This document shows, in pieces, positions 30,941 to 42,185 of a DNA stretch of 64,000 nucleotides. The position numbers were made by a program, and so were the translations under genes. Source of the stretch: Sphingomicrobium sp. (GTDB lineage: Bacteria; Pseudomonadota; Alphaproteobacteria; Sphingomonadales; Sphingomonadaceae); NCBI GenBank assembly GCA_030447545.1, contig JAUJOV010000005.1, positions 3,308 through 67,307 on the forward strand, written 5' to 3'. Below the pieces are notes generated by a model. That model ran no database searches. It was given only the letters and a program-made list of their open reading frames with translations, and was not told the origin of the DNA. The first letter of the stretch is position 1. The number at the start of each line of letters is the position of its first letter.

Positions 30941-32862
30941 AGCACGAGAGCGCCCGCCGCTTCACCTCGGTCCACCAGAGCATGACCTTCTCGCGCCGGA
31001 TGATGCTCGTCGGCGGAGCCCAGGCCGCGCTCGGCGGGGTGCTTCTTGCGCGGCTCGGCTGGCTGTCGGTCGCCGAGAACGAGAAGTACCAGCTATTGTC
31101 CGAAAGCAACCGTGTTCAGATGATCATCGTGCCGCCGCGGCGCGGCTGGATCGTCGACCGCTACGGCAAGCCGATCGCAATCAACCGCAGCGATTTTCGA
31201 ATCGACATCATCCCCGACGAGCTCGAGAACCCCGAGCCGACGCTTCGCACGCTCGCGCAGATCCTGAAGCTCGACCGAGACGAGGTCGACCGCATCCTCG
31301 GGGAGCTCAAGGCAGCCGACGGCTACCGCCCGGTCCAAGTCGCCGAGAACGTGCCCTACGAGCAATATGCGGCCGTGACCGTGCGCCTGCCCGAGCTCGA
31401 GGGGGTTCAGCCGATGCGCGGCTTCTCGCGCTATTATCCCGACGGTCCGGCGGTCGGGCACCTCATCGGCTACGTCGGTGCAGCCTCGAAGGTGGAATAT
31501 GAAAAGGAGAACAACCCGCTGCTGATCACTCCCGGGTTCTAGATCGGCAAGGAGGGCCTCGAGGAGACGCTCGAGCAGCGCCTGCGCGGAGTTCCGGGCG
31601 GCCAGCGGGTCGAGCTCACCGCGCGCGGCAAGCTGGTGCGCGAGCTCGAGCCCAAGCCCGACCGGAGCGGCGGAACGGTCCAGCTCGCGATCGACTCCGA
31701 CCTGCAGGAATTCACGGCGCGGCGCATGGGCGAGGAATCGGGCTCAGCGGTGATCCTCGACTGCCTGACCGGCGACGTGCTCGCCATGGTGTCGATGCCG
31801 GCGTACGATCCGAACAGCTTTTCGGACGGCATCGGCCGCACCGAGTGGAAGAGCTTTTCCGAAGACCCGCGCAAGCCCCTGCTCAACAAGGTGCTGAACG
31901 CGCTCTACCCGCCTGGATCGACAATCAAGCCAATGGGCGCGCTGGCGCTGCTCAAGCACGGGATAGACCCCAAGGAGCGGATCTTCTGCCCGGGCGGCTA
32001 CCGGCTCGGCAACCGCTTCTTCCGCTGCCTCGGCCGCCACGGGTCGACCGACATGCACCGGGCGATCGCCAAGAGCTGCAACACCTATTTCTACGCGATG
32101 GGCCACCGCATCGGCTACGACAAGATCGCGCCGATGGCCAAGCGCCTGGGGCTCGGCGACAAGTTCGACCTGCCGGTGGTGAGCCAGAACTACGGCACCG
32201 TCCCGGACAGCGCGTGGAAGGCGAAGAAGTACGAGCAGAACAGCCGCATCGTCGAGCGGCCCGACTGGACCGCGTCCGACACGCTCAACGCCTCGATCGG
32301 CCAGGGCTTCCTGATCGTGAACCCGCTCCAGCTCGCCGTAATGGCGGCGCGGATCGCGCTCGGCCGCGACGTCGAACCGCGGCTGATCGGGGTCGGCAGA
32401 AAGGCCGCGCCAATGCTCGACATCCCGCAGGACCATCTCGAGACGGTGCGCAAGGCAATGTGGGAAGTGGTCAACGGCGACGGCACCGCGGGCGCAAGCC
32501 GGCTGCCGCTCGAAGGCATCCAGATGAGCGGCAAGACCGGCACCGCTCAGGTTCGCCGCATCGCGGGCGGCCAGCGCGGCCAAAGCGGCGACTGGAAATA
32601 TCGCGACCACGGCCTATTCGTCTTCTTCGCGCCGAGCCATGCGCCGCGCTACGCTGGCGCGGTGGTGATCGAGCACGGCATGGGCGGCGCCAAGGCCGCG
32701 GCCCCCGTCGCAAAGGACGCACTCACCTTCCTGTTCGACCGGCCCAAGGCGCTTCAGTCGCTCGCCGAGCTCGAGAAGCAGTGGGGCGGCACGCTTGCCG
32801 AGCGCAACGCCCGCCGCGCCGCTGCAATCAAGGCCGCCGCTGCGGCGCGGAACACGGCATGA
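30937..32862 (+). CDS. mrdA: Penicillin-binding protein 2 (in-frame TAG at 31540-31542)
   Basis: PRRGWIVDRYG, GHLIGYVG, IGKEGLE, YPPGSTIK (SxxK), SCN (SxN), GKTGTAQ; both ORFs in the same frame. Confidence 0.95.
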
Positions 32863-33971
32863 TCTCCTCCGCCATCATCCCGCAGCCGCTCGCCAAGCTT
32901 CCATGGCGGCTGCTGTTCCTCATCGCGGGCATCGGCGGGATCGGGTTCATCACCCTCTATTCGGCCGCTGGCGGCTCGTTCCAGCCCTGGGCGCTCAAGC
33001 AGGGCATCACCTTCCTCTTCTTCCTCTCGGCCGCGGTGGCCATGTCCTGGGTCAAGGAATCCACCATCAAGGCGGCGGTGTTCCCCGCCTATGCGGCGAT
33101 CCTGGTGATGCTGGTGCTGGTCGAGATGCTCGGCTTCGTCGGCAAGGGCGCGCAGCGCTGGCTCGACCTCGGCTTCATCCGGCTTCAGCCGAGCGAGTTC
33201 ATGAAGCCCGCAATCGTGCTCGTACTCGCCCGTTTCTACGAGCTTCTTCCGGCCGGCAGCGTCCGCAGCTGGCGAGCGATATGGCCGGCCGGGCTGCTGA
33301 TCGGAATGCCTTGGGCGCTGATCCTCGTGCAGCCGGACCTCGGGACTGCGACGATGGTCCTGCTGAGCGGCCTCGTCGTGATGTTCGTCGCCGGAGTGCC
33401 GCTGCGCATCTTCCTGGTTCCCGGGATCACCATCGCGCTTGCGATTCCGGTCGTCTACCAGTTCCTCCACGATTATCAGAAGCGGCGGATCGACACCTTC
33501 CTCAATCCGGAGAGCGATCCGCTGGGCTCGGGCTATCACATCACCCAGTCGCAGATCGCGATCGGCTCGGGCGGAATCTTCGGCAAGGGCTTTTTGAACG
33601 GCAGCCAGAGCCACCTCGACTATCTGCCCGAGGGTCACACCGATTTCGCCTTTGCGACCATGGTCGAGGAATGGGGCCTGGTCGGCGGAGCGATCCTGAT
33701 CCTCGCATTCGCTGCAGTGATCCGTTGGGGGATGCGCGTTGCGCTGAACGCCAGGACCCGCTTTGCCCAGCTCACGGCCGCCGGACTGTCGGCGACGATC
33801 TTCTTCTACGCGTCGATCAACCTGATGATGGTCATGGGCCTCGCGCCGGTCGTCGGAATCCCGCTTCCCCTCGTCAGCTTCGGCGGCTCGGCGGTGATGA
33901 CCGTGATGTTCTGCCTCGGAATATTGATGGCGCTCGAGCGCCAGCAGCGCACCCGCAACACCCTCGCCTGA
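32859..33971 (+). CDS. rodA: Rod shape-determining protein RodA (SEDS glycosyltransferase)
   Basis: GAQRWL.LG...LQPSEFMK, QPDLGTA, GYHITQS.IAIGSGG, LPEGHTDF, GIPLPLVSFGGS. Confidence 0.97.
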   Translation: MISSAIIPQPLAKLPWRLLFLIAGIGGIGFITLYSAAGGSFQPWALKQGITFLFFLSAAVAMSWVKESTIKAAVFPAYAAILVMLVLVEMLGFVGKGAQRWLDLGFIRLQPSEFMKPAIVLVLARFYELLPAGSVRSWRAIWPAGLLIGMPWALILVQPDLGTATMVLLSGLVVMFVAGVPLRIFLVPGITIALAIPVVYQFLHDYQKRRIDTFLNPESDPLGSGYHITQSQIAIGSGGIFGKGFLNGSQSHLDYLPEGHTDFAFATMVEEWGLVGGAILILAFAAVIRWGMRVALNARTRFAQLTAAGLSATIFFYASINLMMVMGLAPVVGIPLPLVSFGGSAVMTVMFCLGILMALERQQRTRNTLA

Positions 33972-34086
33972 CGCTTGAACCCACGGCGGTTGCGCCCCAG
34001 ATAGCAGCATGCTACCGGCCCGGCCGCTTCGCGGGCTTACGGAAACCGCCGGAGCATCCGCCACACGGCAGCGCAGGTTTTCTTGG

Positions 34087-34162
<76 letters not shown>

Positions 34163-34220
34163 CTCCCTCGACTGCGGCAAGCCAGGTCAGCCGGGCCGCC
34201 CGCGCGAGCCCGGCTCCGGC

Positions 34221-35406
34221 TTAGAACTTGACGTCGGCCACGATCGTGAATGCCCGGCCGCGTGGGTCGGCGACCCTCGGCTCCCACGAACTGCCGCCGC
34301 CGGTGTTGCTGTCGTAGCTGATCGCGAACGGCGGATCCTTGTCGAACAGGTTCTTCACGCCCGCCGTGAACCGCATCCGTTCGGACACGTCCACGGTGCC
34401 CGAGAGGTTGTAGATGATGTACCGGTTGACGCGCTTGTCGAGGTTGGGCGGGTCGACCAGCCCGTTGGTGACGCCGGGCAGCTCCTGGTTCTTGTAACCC
34501 GAGCGGAACAGCTGGGTCAGCGCCACGCGCCACCGGTCCTGGCCGTAGCTGACGAAGACATTGTGCTTCCAGCGAAGGCTAAGGTCGCCGCTGTACGAGA
34601 ACTCGCCGATCTCGTCCTCGAACTCGAGGCCCTCGATGAGCTTGTCTTTCTTCTGCAACAGATAGGTGCCGTCGAGACCCGCGGCGATATTGCCGCCAAG
34701 CGCGTCCAGCGCACCGCGCAGCATGACTTCGATACCCTGGGTCTTCGACGCGCCCGCATTGATCCAGGTCCGGTCGATGTCGGTGAGCCTGCCCTGGCTG
34801 TCGCGAATGAACCGGCTCTCGAACGTCGAGTAGTTTGCGAGCAGGTCGCGCAGCTCGAGAGTCTCGATGTTGTTGTCGCGGTTGATCATCCACCAGTCGA
34901 TCGCCGCGCTGAAGTTGCGCCCCGGCTCGAACACCACGCCGACGCTGGCCATCTTGGCGGTCTCCGGCCCGAGGTTCGGATTGCCGCCGGTGATGATGTC
35001 GACCTCCCGGTCCAGCACCTGACAACCCGGAATATCGGGGTTTACGGCGCCGCCGGGGCAGGTCGCGGGATCGAACAGGTCGGCACCGGTATAGAGGCTC
35101 TCGGTCCGGCCGTTGTAGACCTGGTTGAACGCCGGTGCACGGAAGCCCGTGTTGTAATTGCCGCGGAACATCAGCATCTCGATCGGCCGGAACTTGAACG
35201 ACACCAGCGGGTTCACCGTCGTGCCGAAGTCCGAATAATCATCGATCCGCGCCGCGGCCGTGATCTCGAGATTGTCGATCACGGGGAACAACAGCTCGCC
35301 ATAGGCCGCCTTGATGTTGCGGTTGACGCCGTCGAGCGCATTCGTGTCGTCGAAGGGCGCGGCGAAGATCGACGGCCGGTCCTCGGCCTCGCGCTCGTCG
35401 CCGTTG
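34221..35406 (-). pseudogene. TonB-dependent receptor, C-terminal half only
   Basis: [54 protein letters not shown] terminal Phe; frame reads upstream only to NGDERE.. at ~35406. Confidence 0.88.
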
Positions 35407-35856
35407 GTCGAACGCGGAGTCCGCGATGAAGGCGTCCCGATTCTCGAACCGCTCGCGCATCAACGTTCGCTCGATCCACGCGACTGCCTCTGGAACCTGC
35501 CCGAGCTGCGCATGAGCCCGCGCTCCATAGGCGGAGCTGTGTTGCTCGAAGGCGCCACCGAGCGACAGCGCGCGTTCAAAGGCGGAGATGCTGCCCCTGT
35601 AATCACCCGCTCGATAGCGGGCGATGCCAAGCCGAGCTCACACGTCGGAATCCTGCGAGGTCTCGGCGATCGGCTTCAGAACGGCGGCTGCCCTCGCATA
35701 ATCGCGGAGGGCGAGAAGCTCGTCGGCACGGCGGGAAGCATCAAGATACTCGAGTGGATCGCTGGCTCCGGGCGGCACTTGGGCATCGGCGACGTGCCAG
35801 CACCAGGCAACGAACAATGCGCCAACGACCGCTCGCAATGCCTTGGTCATTCGCAA
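35407..35856 (-). pseudogene. Secreted TPR-containing protein, N-terminal fragment with in-frame TGA (35638-35640)
   Basis: Signal peptide MTKALRAVVGALFVAWCWHVADA; reading through the TGA gives DV*ARLGIARYRAGDYRGSISAFERAL..ARAHAQLGQVPEAVAWIERTL..FIADSAFD, ending at the receptor junction. Confidence 0.7.
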
Positions 35857-35972
35857 CCCCTCTCACACAGGTCAAGGGCCGGCATTATTGCAGCTTAAGT
35901 TTAGGCGTAAACGGCCAATCAAGCGCATGGGCGGGCGCCGTCGACGAACGACCTGCAGGCGTCTGAAGCCAC

Positions 35973-36000
35973 TATCCGATTTCCACCCATTCCGAACATT
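35973..36000 (+). repeat. 28-bp imperfect palindrome, copy 1
   Basis: TATCCGATTTCCACCCATTCCGAACATT aligns without gaps to copies at 60954 and 61598. Confidence 0.7.
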
Positions 36001-36043
36001 GGCGGCGGCCATGGTCTGCTTCAGACCCCAGCGGTGAGGGCAA

Positions 36044-37819
36044 TCAGCCCTGGTCCACGACGCGGATGTGAAGCTCGCGCAGCTGCTTGGGACTGACCGG
36101 CGCGGGCGCGTTCATCATCAGGTCCTCGGCCTTCTGGTTCATCGGGAAAAGCACGACTTCGCGCAGGTTCGGCTCGTCGGCGATCAGCATCACGATGCGG
36201 TCGATTCCCGGCGCCGATCCGCCGTGCGGCGGAGCGCCGAACTTGAACGCATTGATCATGCCCGAGAAGTTCTCGTCCACCTCCTCGCGCGTGTAGCCGG
36301 CGATCTCGAACGCCTTGTACATGATGTCCGGGCGGTGGTTGCGGATTGCGCCCGAGGAGAGCTCCACGCCGTTGCAGACGATGTCGTACTGCCAGGCGAG
36401 GATGTCGAGCGGGTCCCTGGTCTCGAGCGCCTCCATCTCCCCCTGCGGCATGGAGAATGGATTGTGCGAGAAATCGATCTTCTTCGCCTCCTCGTCATAT
36501 TCGAACATCGGAAAGTCGACGATCCAGCAGAAGCGGAACGAGTCCTTCTCGATCAGGTCGAGCTGTTCGCCGACCCGGGTGCGGGCAGCGCCGGCGAGCT
36601 TCGCCGCGTCCGCTTCCTTGCCCGCAGCGAAGAAAATGCCGTCGTCCGGCCCCAGACGCATTTCGTCGGCGATGCGGTCCATGCCCTCGGCGCCATGGTT
36701 CTTGGCGATGGGCCCGCCCCACTCGCCGCCTTTGCGGGTCGCATAGCCCAGCCCCGCGAAGCCCTCGCTTCGCGCCCAGTCGTTCATGTCGTCGAAGAAC
36801 TTGCGGCTGAGCCCCGCAGTATTCGGCGCCGGGACTGCGCGCACGAACCCGCCGCCATCGACGATCTTGGCGAACAGGCCAAAGCCGGAGCCGCGGAAAT
36901 GTTCGCCGACATCGCGGATCACAAGCGGGTTCCTGAGGTCGGGCTTGTCGCTCCCGTACTTGAGCATCGCCTCGCGGAACGGGATTCGCGGATACTCGCC
37001 CGCCGGAGTCACGCTGCGCCCATCCGCGAACTCCTCGAACACGCCCGAAAGCACCGGCTCGAGCGCTGCGAACACGTCGTCCTGGGTGACGAAGCTCATT
37101 TCCAGGTCGAGCTGGTAGAATTCGCCCGGGGAGCGGTCGGCGCGCGCGTCCTCGTCGCGAAAGCAGGGCGCGATCTGGAAATAGCGGTCAAACCCCGCGA
37201 CCATGATCAGCTGCTTGAACATCTGCGGCGCCTGCGGGAGCGCGTAGAACTTGCCTGGATGGACCCGGCTTGGCACCAGATAGTCGCGCGCCCCTTCCGG
37301 GCTCGAGGCGGTCAGGATCGGCGTCTGGAATTCTGTGAAGCCTTGGCTAATCATACGCCGCCGGATCGATGCGATCACGGCCGAGCGAAGCATGATGTTG
37401 CGGTGCATGTGCTCGCGGCGAAGGTCGAGATAGCGGTACTTGAGCCGGATCTCCTCCGGGTATTCGGCTTCGCCCGCCACGGGCATCGGCAGCTCGGCCG
37501 CGTTCGACCGCACCTCGATCTGCCGCGCGGCGACCTCGATCTCCCCGGTCGGAAGCCTCGGGTTCACCACCTCGGCTGCGCGGGCGAGCACCTCGCCGGT
37601 AATCGTCACCACCGACTCCAGCCTGAGCGAATCGAGCAGCCCCTGCACTGGATTGTCCACGTCGGCGACCACCTGGGTGATCCCGTGATGGTCGCGCAGG
37701 TCGACGAACAGCACCCCGCCATGATCGCGCTTGCGGTGGATCCAGCCGGACAGGCGAACGGCGTTGCCGACGTCGGCGGCACGCAGCTCGCCGCAATTGT
37801 GGGTGCGATAGGGGTGCAT
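36044..37819 (-). CDS. aspS: Aspartyl-tRNA synthetase, probably non-discriminating
   Basis: [61 protein letters not shown]. Confidence 0.98.
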   Translation of the reverse strand: MHPYRTHNCGELRAADVGNAVRLSGWIHRKRDHGGVLFVDLRDHHGITQVVADVDNPVQGLLDSLRLESVVTITGEVLARAAEVVNPRLPTGEIEVAARQIEVRSNAAELPMPVAGEAEYPEEIRLKYRYLDLRREHMHRNIMLRSAVIASIRRRMISQGFTEFQTPILTASSPEGARDYLVPSRVHPGKFYALPQAPQMFKQLIMVAGFDRYFQIAPCFRDEDARADRSPGEFYQLDLEMSFVTQDDVFAALEPVLSGVFEEFADGRSVTPAGEYPRIPFREAMLKYGSDKPDLRNPLVIRDVGEHFRGSGFGLFAKIVDGGGFVRAVPAPNTAGLSRKFFDDMNDWARSEGFAGLGYATRKGGEWGGPIAKNHGAEGMDRIADEMRLGPDDGIFFAAGKEADAAKLAGAARTRVGEQLDLIEKDSFRFCWIVDFPMFEYDEEAKKIDFSHNPFSMPQGEMEALETRDPLDILAWQYDIVCNGVELSSGAIRNHRPDIMYKAFEIAGYTREEVDENFSGMINAFKFGAPPHGGSAPGIDRIVMLIADEPNLREVVLFPMNQKAEDLMMNAPAPVSPKQLRELHIRVVDQG

Positions 37820-37910
37820 GGTCATTTCTGTGAAAAAATCGCCGCGGCGCTTCCCTTCCCCCTCAGCTTTTGTCAACCCGCAGGCGGGCGGCTAATGCCC
37901 CACGAGACTC

Positions 37911-39092
37911 ATGCATATCCACCCCCTGATCACGAAAACCGACGACCTCGTCCCCCTGGTCGAGCGACTTTCCACACACCCGTTCATCGCCGTGGACACC
38001 GAGTTCATGCGCGAGAACACCTACTGGCCCGACCTGTGCCTGATCCAGATTGCGAGCAGCGAAGAGGCCGCGGCGATCGACCCCAAGGCCGACATCGATT
38101 TGTCGCCGCTGCTCGACCTGCTGGTCGGCCACGAGGAAGTGCTCAAGGTCTTCCATGCCGGCGGGCAGGACCTGGAGATCATCCACCACCTGACGGGCAA
38201 GGTCCCCTACCCTTTGTTCGACACGCAGGTCGCGGCGATGGCGCTCGGCCATGGCGAGCAGGTCGGTTATTCGAATTTGATCGAAATCGATGCTCGGCCA
38301 CAACATCGACAAGGGCGCGCTTCACCGACCTGGAGCCGGCGGCCGCTCGACAAGCGCCAGATCGACTATGCGATCGCCGACGTCACCCATCTCGCCAGCG
38401 TCTTCCCCAAGCTCCTGACCCGGCTCAAGAAGACCGGCCGCGGCGGCTGGCTCGACGAGGAGATGGAGCGGCTCGCCGAACCGTCGAGCTTCGCCTTCGC
38501 GCCCGAGGACGCGTGGAAGCGGCTCAAGCTTCCGAGCCGCAACCCGGCGGTGCTCGGCCGCCTCAAGGCGATCGCCGCCTGGCGCGAGACCGAGGCGCGG
38601 ACCAAGGACATCCCGCGCGGCCGGATCGTCAAGGACGATACGCTGGGCGAGCTCGCCGGCCATCCACCGAGGTCGCAGGAAGATCTCGGGCGCGTTCGCG
38701 GCCTGTCCGCCGGGTGGAAGACCAACGAGATCGGCGCTCGGCTGGTCGCTGCGATCAATTCTGCAAAACCGCTCGAGCCGCATGAGCTTCCGGATCGCGA
38801 GCCGCGCCGCCCCGGCCTCACAAAGGAGGGCGTGCTGGTCGCGGACCTGCTCAAGCTGCTGCTCAAGATCCGCGCCAAGGAATCGGGCGTCGCCCCGCGG
38901 CTGATCGCCCGCTCCGACGAGCTTGAGGCCCTCGCCGCCGGAGTGCGGGACCGCCTCAACATCCTCCATGGCTGGAGGTTCGAGCAATTCGGCCGCGACG
39001 CGGTGGACCTGGTCGAGGGCCGCCTCGCCTTTGCGATAGAGAACGGCAAGCTCAAGATGAGCCGGGTCGCAGGCGAGCCGGTCGACGCCTAG
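37911..39092 (+). CDS. rnd: Ribonuclease D (short out-of-frame patch ~38285-38330)
   Basis: AVDTEFMRENTY, KVFHAGGQDLE, FDTQVAA, WSRRPL, YAIADV, WRE..A...DIPR (HRDC), LHGWR. Confidence 0.96.
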   Translation: MHIHPLITKTDDLVPLVERLSTHPFIAVDTEFMRENTYWPDLCLIQIASSEEAAAIDPKADIDLSPLLDLLVGHEEVLKVFHAGGQDLEIIHHLTGKVPYPLFDTQVAAMALGHGEQVGYSNLIEIDARPQHRQGRASPTWSRRPLDKRQIDYAIADVTHLASVFPKLLTRLKKTGRGGWLDEEMERLAEPSSFAFAPEDAWKRLKLPSRNPAVLGRLKAIAAWRETEARTKDIPRGRIVKDDTLGELAGHPPRSQEDLGRVRGLSAGWKTNEIGARLVAAINSAKPLEPHELPDREPRRPGLTKEGVLVADLLKLLLKIRAKESGVAPRLIARSDELEALAAGVRDRLNILHGWRFEQFGRDAVDLVEGRLAFAIENGKLKMSRVAGEPVDA

Positions 39093-39712
39093 GCTGAGTC
39101 TCCGATCAGCCGCGCCTCGGCCAGTGCGCACCGAACCGTCGGCAGAGACAGGCGCGCCCGCTCCGCGATCGCAAAGCGGTCGATTTCCTCCACGGCCCGC
39201 TCGGCGTTCCAATATTCCCGCGCGAGCCGCACGGACATGAAGCGCAGCGCCTCGCGCGGCGCATGAAGCCCGCGGTCGGCGAAGAACAGCTCGATCAGCG
39301 CTTCGAACAAGGCGTCGTCGGGCTGGCGAATCCCGACCACGGGGGTGACCGCAAGCCGGGTGCGCAGGTCCGGAAGGGCCGGCGACCATGACGGGGGGAC
39401 CAGGTCGGACACCATCACGAGCGGCCGCCCGCTTTCCTGCGCCTCGTTCCAGGCGTGGAAGATCTCCTCCTCGTCGTGGGCATCGGCGCGGTCGACCAGC
39501 CGCCCGCCGACCCGCTCGACGAAGTTGCGCGCAAGCAGGCTTCGTCCCGAGCGGCGCGGGCCGGTCAGGATCGCCGCCTTGACCGGCCACATCGCCCAGC
39601 TGCGGAAATGCTCGAATGCCTCGCGGTTGGCCTCAGAGACGATGAACCGTGCCTCGCCGTCCGTCTGCGGCCAGTCGAGCGGAAGCGCGATCTGGTCCGC
39701 AGCGCGCTTCAC
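39089..39712 (-). CDS. Hda/DnaA-like short AAA+ protein
   Basis: QIALPL clamp-binding-like motif, FIVSEANREA, degenerate Walker A GPRRSGRS, LPDLRTRL, PDDALF; next to purM. Confidence 0.85.
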   Translation of the reverse strand: MKRAADQIALPLDWPQTDGEARFIVSEANREAFEHFRSWAMWPVKAAILTGPRRSGRSLLARNFVERVGGRLVDRADAHDEEEIFHAWNEAQESGRPLVMVSDLVPPSWSPALPDLRTRLAVTPVVGIRQPDDALFEALIELFFADRGLHAPREALRFMSVRLAREYWNAERAVEEIDRFAIAERARLSLPTVRCALAEARLIGDSA

Positions 39713-41049
39713 TGCCCCTCCCCCGGCGGCTGCTGCGGCGGCTGGGCGGGTTGCGGCTGCGGCTGCGGCTGCGGCTGCGGCGGCGGCTGCGGCTGCGGAG
39801 GCGGCGGAGGCGGCGGAATCGCCGGCGGCCTCGCACTCGCCGAGGACATGCGCAACACGGAGCCGGACTGGCTGACGTTCCAGCCGCGGGCGGCGAGCGC
39901 TGCCCGAAGATTGCCCAGATCCCCGCGATAGGTGACGTTCACGTAACTGACTGCGCCCGGGAAGATGCTGACCGGCGCCACCTGCTCGACGCCCGGGCTG
40001 GTGCGCAGGTGCGCGACCGCGAAGTTGTAGACCGTCACATCCGGCGAGACGATCTGCACCTGATAGGTCCAGACGCGGCCGGCCTCGGTCCGCCGGGGCG
40101 CGGCGACGTCCCTGGTTTGCTCGACCTCAAAGATCTCCTCGGGCGGAGGCGGCGGCGGCTCGGGAATGTCGAGCGTGGGATCCCGCACGAGCCTGCCTGC
40201 CTGAAGGGCGAGCGTGAACAGCCGGTCCATGCGCTGGACCCCTTCGCGCATCATTCGCGGCAAATCGGCGCTGTCGCGCGCTCGAAGCGTGAAGGTCCCG
40301 ATCGGATCCCGATCAGGGCCATGATAGCCGATGAAGCGAGCGTAAGCCGGGCCGCCTGGATAGAGGCGGTGGAGCTGGACTTCCGCGACGAGGATGTCCG
40401 CCGCGCCATAGAGATCGACGATATTGCGCCACCAGCCGCGTCCCGGCCGGTCGACCTGCGCCGCGTTGACCAGCAGCGGGTCGATGCCCAGCCCGGTGAC
40501 CCGGACGTAATCGACCGGGCTCTCCGACGCGCGGAACTCGGCCCAGGCGCGCTGCCAGGGATTGCGCAGCTCGACCGTCATGTCGGTGCCGGCTGTCTCC
40601 AGCACGGGAATCAGGAGCATCGGCACCGAGCGCCGGATTTCTCCGCCGAGCCCAAGCAGCGCGGCCGAGCGGGCGCGGTCGAACAGCAGGCCCAATGTGG
40701 CGATGTAGCGGTTCGGGCCGATCTGCTCGCGTTCGACGACGATCGAGCTGACGAGGCCGTCGAGTACCGGGTCGGGAAGCGTCGGAGCCTCCGAAGCCGG
40801 GCGGTTGTTCGTCTTGGCCCAAAGCGCCTTGAAGCCCTCGCGCTGGGCCATGCGCCAGCCGGCGAGCCGAGCGCTCTGCGCATCGGGCCCGGAGGCGTCG
40901 ACGTTGATTCCGGTGATCTCGAGCGTGCCCGAGCTGTCGATCGGCATGATGCCGCGCTCGCCGCTCTCCATCTGCGCGAGCAGGCCTGCCGGCACTGCGA
41001 TGCCGACAAGCAACAGAAGCAGAAGGAGGAACCCTGGGCGGCGAGCCAT
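39709..41049 (-). CDS. Exported protein (DUF2066-like / HMA-domain-like) with Pro-Gln tail
   Basis: Signal peptide; between hda-like gene and purM; [11 protein letters not shown]; low-complexity P/Q C-terminus. Confidence 0.7.
   Translation of the reverse strand: MARRPGFLLLLLLLVGIAVPAGLLAQMESGERGIMPIDSSGTLEITGINVDASGPDAQSARLAGWRMAQREGFKALWAKTNNRPASEAPTLPDPVLDGLVSSIVVEREQIGPNRYIATLGLLFDRARSAALLGLGGEIRRSVPMLLIPVLETAGTDMTVELRNPWQRAWAEFRASESPVDYVRVTGLGIDPLLVNAAQVDRPGRGWWRNIVDLYGAADILVAEVQLHRLYPGGPAYARFIGYHGPDRDPIGTFTLRARDSADLPRMMREGVQRMDRLFTLALQAGRLVRDPTLDIPEPPPPPPEEIFEVEQTRDVAAPRRTEAGRVWTYQVQIVSPDVTVYNFAVAHLRTSPGVEQVAPVSIFPGAVSYVNVTYRGDLGNLRAALAARGWNVSQSGSVLRMSSASARPPAIPPPPPPPQPQPPPQPQPQPQPQPAQPPQQPPGEGQ
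39752..39816. repeat. Simple sequence repeat (TGCGGC)n/(GGC)n coding the Pro-Gln tail
   Basis: TGCGGCTGCGGCTGCGGCTGCGGCTGCGG... read directly. Confidence 0.85.
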
Positions 41050-41114
41050 TCGGGCCGCCTTTTGGCGACAACGGCGTGGAAATCCAAGCGGCTTCTAGGC
41101 TAGGCCCGCATCCC

Positions 41115-42185
41115 ATGTCGCAAAAGCCGCTGACCTATGCCGACGCGGGCGTGTCGATCGATGCCGGAAATGCGCTGGTCAGGGCGATTGCGCCGCTTGC
41201 GCGCTCGACAGCGCGCCCCGGGGCGGATTCGGAGCTTGGCGGGTTTGGAGGCATTTTCGACCTCAAGGCAGCAGGTTACGACGATCCCTTGCTGGTCGCT
41301 GCGAACGACGGGGTCGGGACCAAGCTCAAGCTGGCGATCGACGCGGGATATCACCGCGGCGTCGGCATCGACCTTGTCGCGATGTGCGCGAACGACCTGG
41401 TCGTCCAGGGCGCCGAGCCTTTGTTCTTCCTCGACTATTACGCGACCGGGAAGCTGGACGAAGCGGTCGCGGCCGAGGTCGTCGCCTCGATTGCCGAGGG
41501 CTGTCGGCAGGCGGGCTGCGCGCTGATCGGCGGCGAGACTGCGGAAATGCCGGGCATGTACGCGCCCGGCGATTACGACCTCGCCGGCTTCTGCGTCGGC
41601 GCCGTGGAGCGCGACAAACTGCTTACCGGCGAGAGCATCGCACCCGGCGACGTGGTGCTGGGCCTCGCCAGCTCCGGCCTTCACAGCAACGGCTTCTCGC
41701 TCGTTCGGCGGATCATTGCCGATCGCGGCTGGGATCTGCGCCAGCAAGGCCTCGGCGAGAGGCTGCTCGAGCCGACTCGCATCTACGTGCGATCGCTCCT
41801 GCCCCTGGTCCAGCCAGGTCGAATCAAGGGCTTGGCGCATATCACCGGCGGAGGACTTGTGGATAATATTCCGAGGGTTCTGCCTGAAACTTGCCATGCC
41901 ATTATAGCAAGCGGCAGCTGGGTTCTGCCGCCCATCTTCGACCAGCTTCGCCAGGGTGGATCGCTTGAGCCGCAGGAGATGGCGCGCACCTTCAACTGCG
42001 GGATCGGCATGGCCGTGATCGTCGCCCCGGCAGCGGCTGACGAGGTCACCGCTGCGCTCCAGCGTGCGGGCGAGACGGTCCATTCAATCGGCCGTATCGA
42101 CCAGGGCCAGCGCGGCTGCACTGTCGTGGGCGCAGCAGGCGCCTGGGGCTCCTCGGAAGCCTGGACCGCCACTCACAATGCCTGA
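41115..42185 (+). CDS. purM: Phosphoribosylformylglycinamidine cyclo-ligase
   Basis: [61 protein letters not shown]. Confidence 0.98.
   Translation: MSQKPLTYADAGVSIDAGNALVRAIAPLARSTARPGADSELGGFGGIFDLKAAGYDDPLLVAANDGVGTKLKLAIDAGYHRGVGIDLVAMCANDLVVQGAEPLFFLDYYATGKLDEAVAAEVVASIAEGCRQAGCALIGGETAEMPGMYAPGDYDLAGFCVGAVERDKLLTGESIAPGDVVLGLASSGLHSNGFSLVRRIIADRGWDLRQQGLGERLLEPTRIYVRSLLPLVQPGRIKGLAHITGGGLVDNIPRVLPETCHAIIASGSWVLPPIFDQLRQGGSLEPQEMARTFNCGIGMAVIVAPAAADEVTAALQRAGETVHSIGRIDQGQRGCTVVGAAGAWGSSEAWTATHNA

Noticed and set aside
31845-33971. 708-aa ORF as a PBP2-RodA fusion
   Set aside because: The N-terminal part is an off-frame overlap of mrdA; rodA starts at ATG 32859 overlapping the mrdA stop.
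36068-38785. 905-aa plus-strand ORF and many other long antisense or alternate-frame ORFs (e.g. 5379-7097, 13585-15216, 47930-49522)
   Set aside because: Shadow ORFs of well-identified genes in high-GC DNA; Arg/Ala/Gly-rich with no motifs.
39752-39816. Hexamer repeat as a phase-variation switch
   Set aside because: Unit length is a multiple of 3 and lies in the extreme C-terminal Pro-Gln tail, so slippage would not switch expression.
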